DNA of 64,000 nt, from NCBI GenBank assembly GCA_965198115.1, contig OZ240241.1, positions 800,001 to 864,000 on the forward strand. The letters are read 5' to 3'. This DNA is from Candidatus Latescibacterota bacterium (lineage in GTDB: Bacteria; Latescibacterota; UBA2968). This document shows, in pieces, positions 63,383 through 64,000 of the stretch. The position numbers were made by a program, and so were the translations under genes. How positions within the stretch are numbered: the first letter of the stretch is position 1; every line of letters begins with the position of its first letter. The notes beneath the pieces are model-generated. The model did no database searches. It had not been told where the DNA came from and saw only the letters and a list, made by a program, of their open reading frames with translations.

Positions 63383-63648
63383 CCTGTTATCGGAGTATTG
63401 ATCATGGTAGCTGCTGTAGAAGGAGTAGGCGTTGACTTCCCCGCTAAAAGTAAAATAGAAAAAACAAAGAGGGCGATGTCGTCCCCCTATTTCTTTAGCT
63501 GATCCCAAACTGCCACAGGCAGGTCAATCCGGCTTCGCCGGACCGGACCCCGTCGCAGACGCAAACCGTTACACGCCACCGTGGCCCTACCCCGAAAATG
63601 TGCCGCGTCCCTGCGGCACCCAACTCCCTTGGAAGGCTGTCTCATAGG

Positions 63649-64000
63649 ATGCCAGATATTCGTGCAGTTCTCTTCGATCTGGGCAATACACTTTCCGTGA
63701 GTGCTTCGCTGTCCGACTCTTTCGCTGACCTGGCTGGGAGATCCATTGCTGGGGAACTGGGATTGAAAGATGGAATCATGACCCAGTTGGGTGAGGAGAT
63801 CGATCAATCAATCGCGGAACTCTACAAGGATGATTCCACAGAACAACCTCACTGGCTGGATGTCTGGCAGCGCCCTATTGGCCGTCATGGAATCACGCTC
63901 AGTCCAAGAGACATTGAGCGACTGTGTCGGACCCATCTTGAGCACTTTGTCAATTGCTGCGAGGTTGCTCCACACAGTATTCCCTTGCTCGCTTACCTGC
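63649..64000 (+). CDS. HAD-family hydrolase, runs off the window end
   Basis: MPDIRAVLFDLGNTL, frame open to 64000. Confidence 0.75.
   Translation, partial: MPDIRAVLFDLGNTLSVSASLSDSFADLAGRSIAGELGLKDGIMTQLGEEIDQSIAELYKDDSTEQPHWLDVWQRPIGRHGITLSPRDIERLCRTHLEHFVNCCEVAPHSIPLLAYL

Noticed and set aside
63487-63807. Minus-strand 106-aa ORF
   Set aside because: Overlaps the better-supported plus-strand HAD gene from 63649

Overview
GC-rich bacterial chromosome segment. The gene types (dockerin/EF-hand LRR protein, FliG-C fusion, several PhyH dioxygenases, DUF6785-like membrane protein) resemble Candidatus Latescibacterota; this is inference only. 1-17.7 kb: accessory metabolism (Gfo/Idh/MocA, speD, PhyH, trxB, Rieske plus amidohydrolase, MATE, sugar ABC) and an ISL3 inside a FliG-C/MotA-like gene. 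17.7-47 kb: core genes (gatBA, tatA, pssA-psd, truA, ecfT, comEC, accA, argJ, cimA, ilvN-ilvC-leuACDB, sucAB-lpdA). From about 55.8 kb: a decayed genomic island bounded by a 3' tRNA(CAU) fragment, with ISL3, IS1595, IS256, a resolvase and a DUF499 fragment. Best signals missed by the ORF track: an ArsC-family gene with UGA exactly at catalytic Cys12 (probable selenoprotein); an Ile/Leu/Val leader peptide with attenuator placed directly before ilvN with no ilvB; a promoter-driven structured RNA or small-ORF locus between comEC and accA; and large internal deletions in cimA and an alaC-like gene. Many indels suggest an error-prone assembly, so pseudogene calls are provisional.
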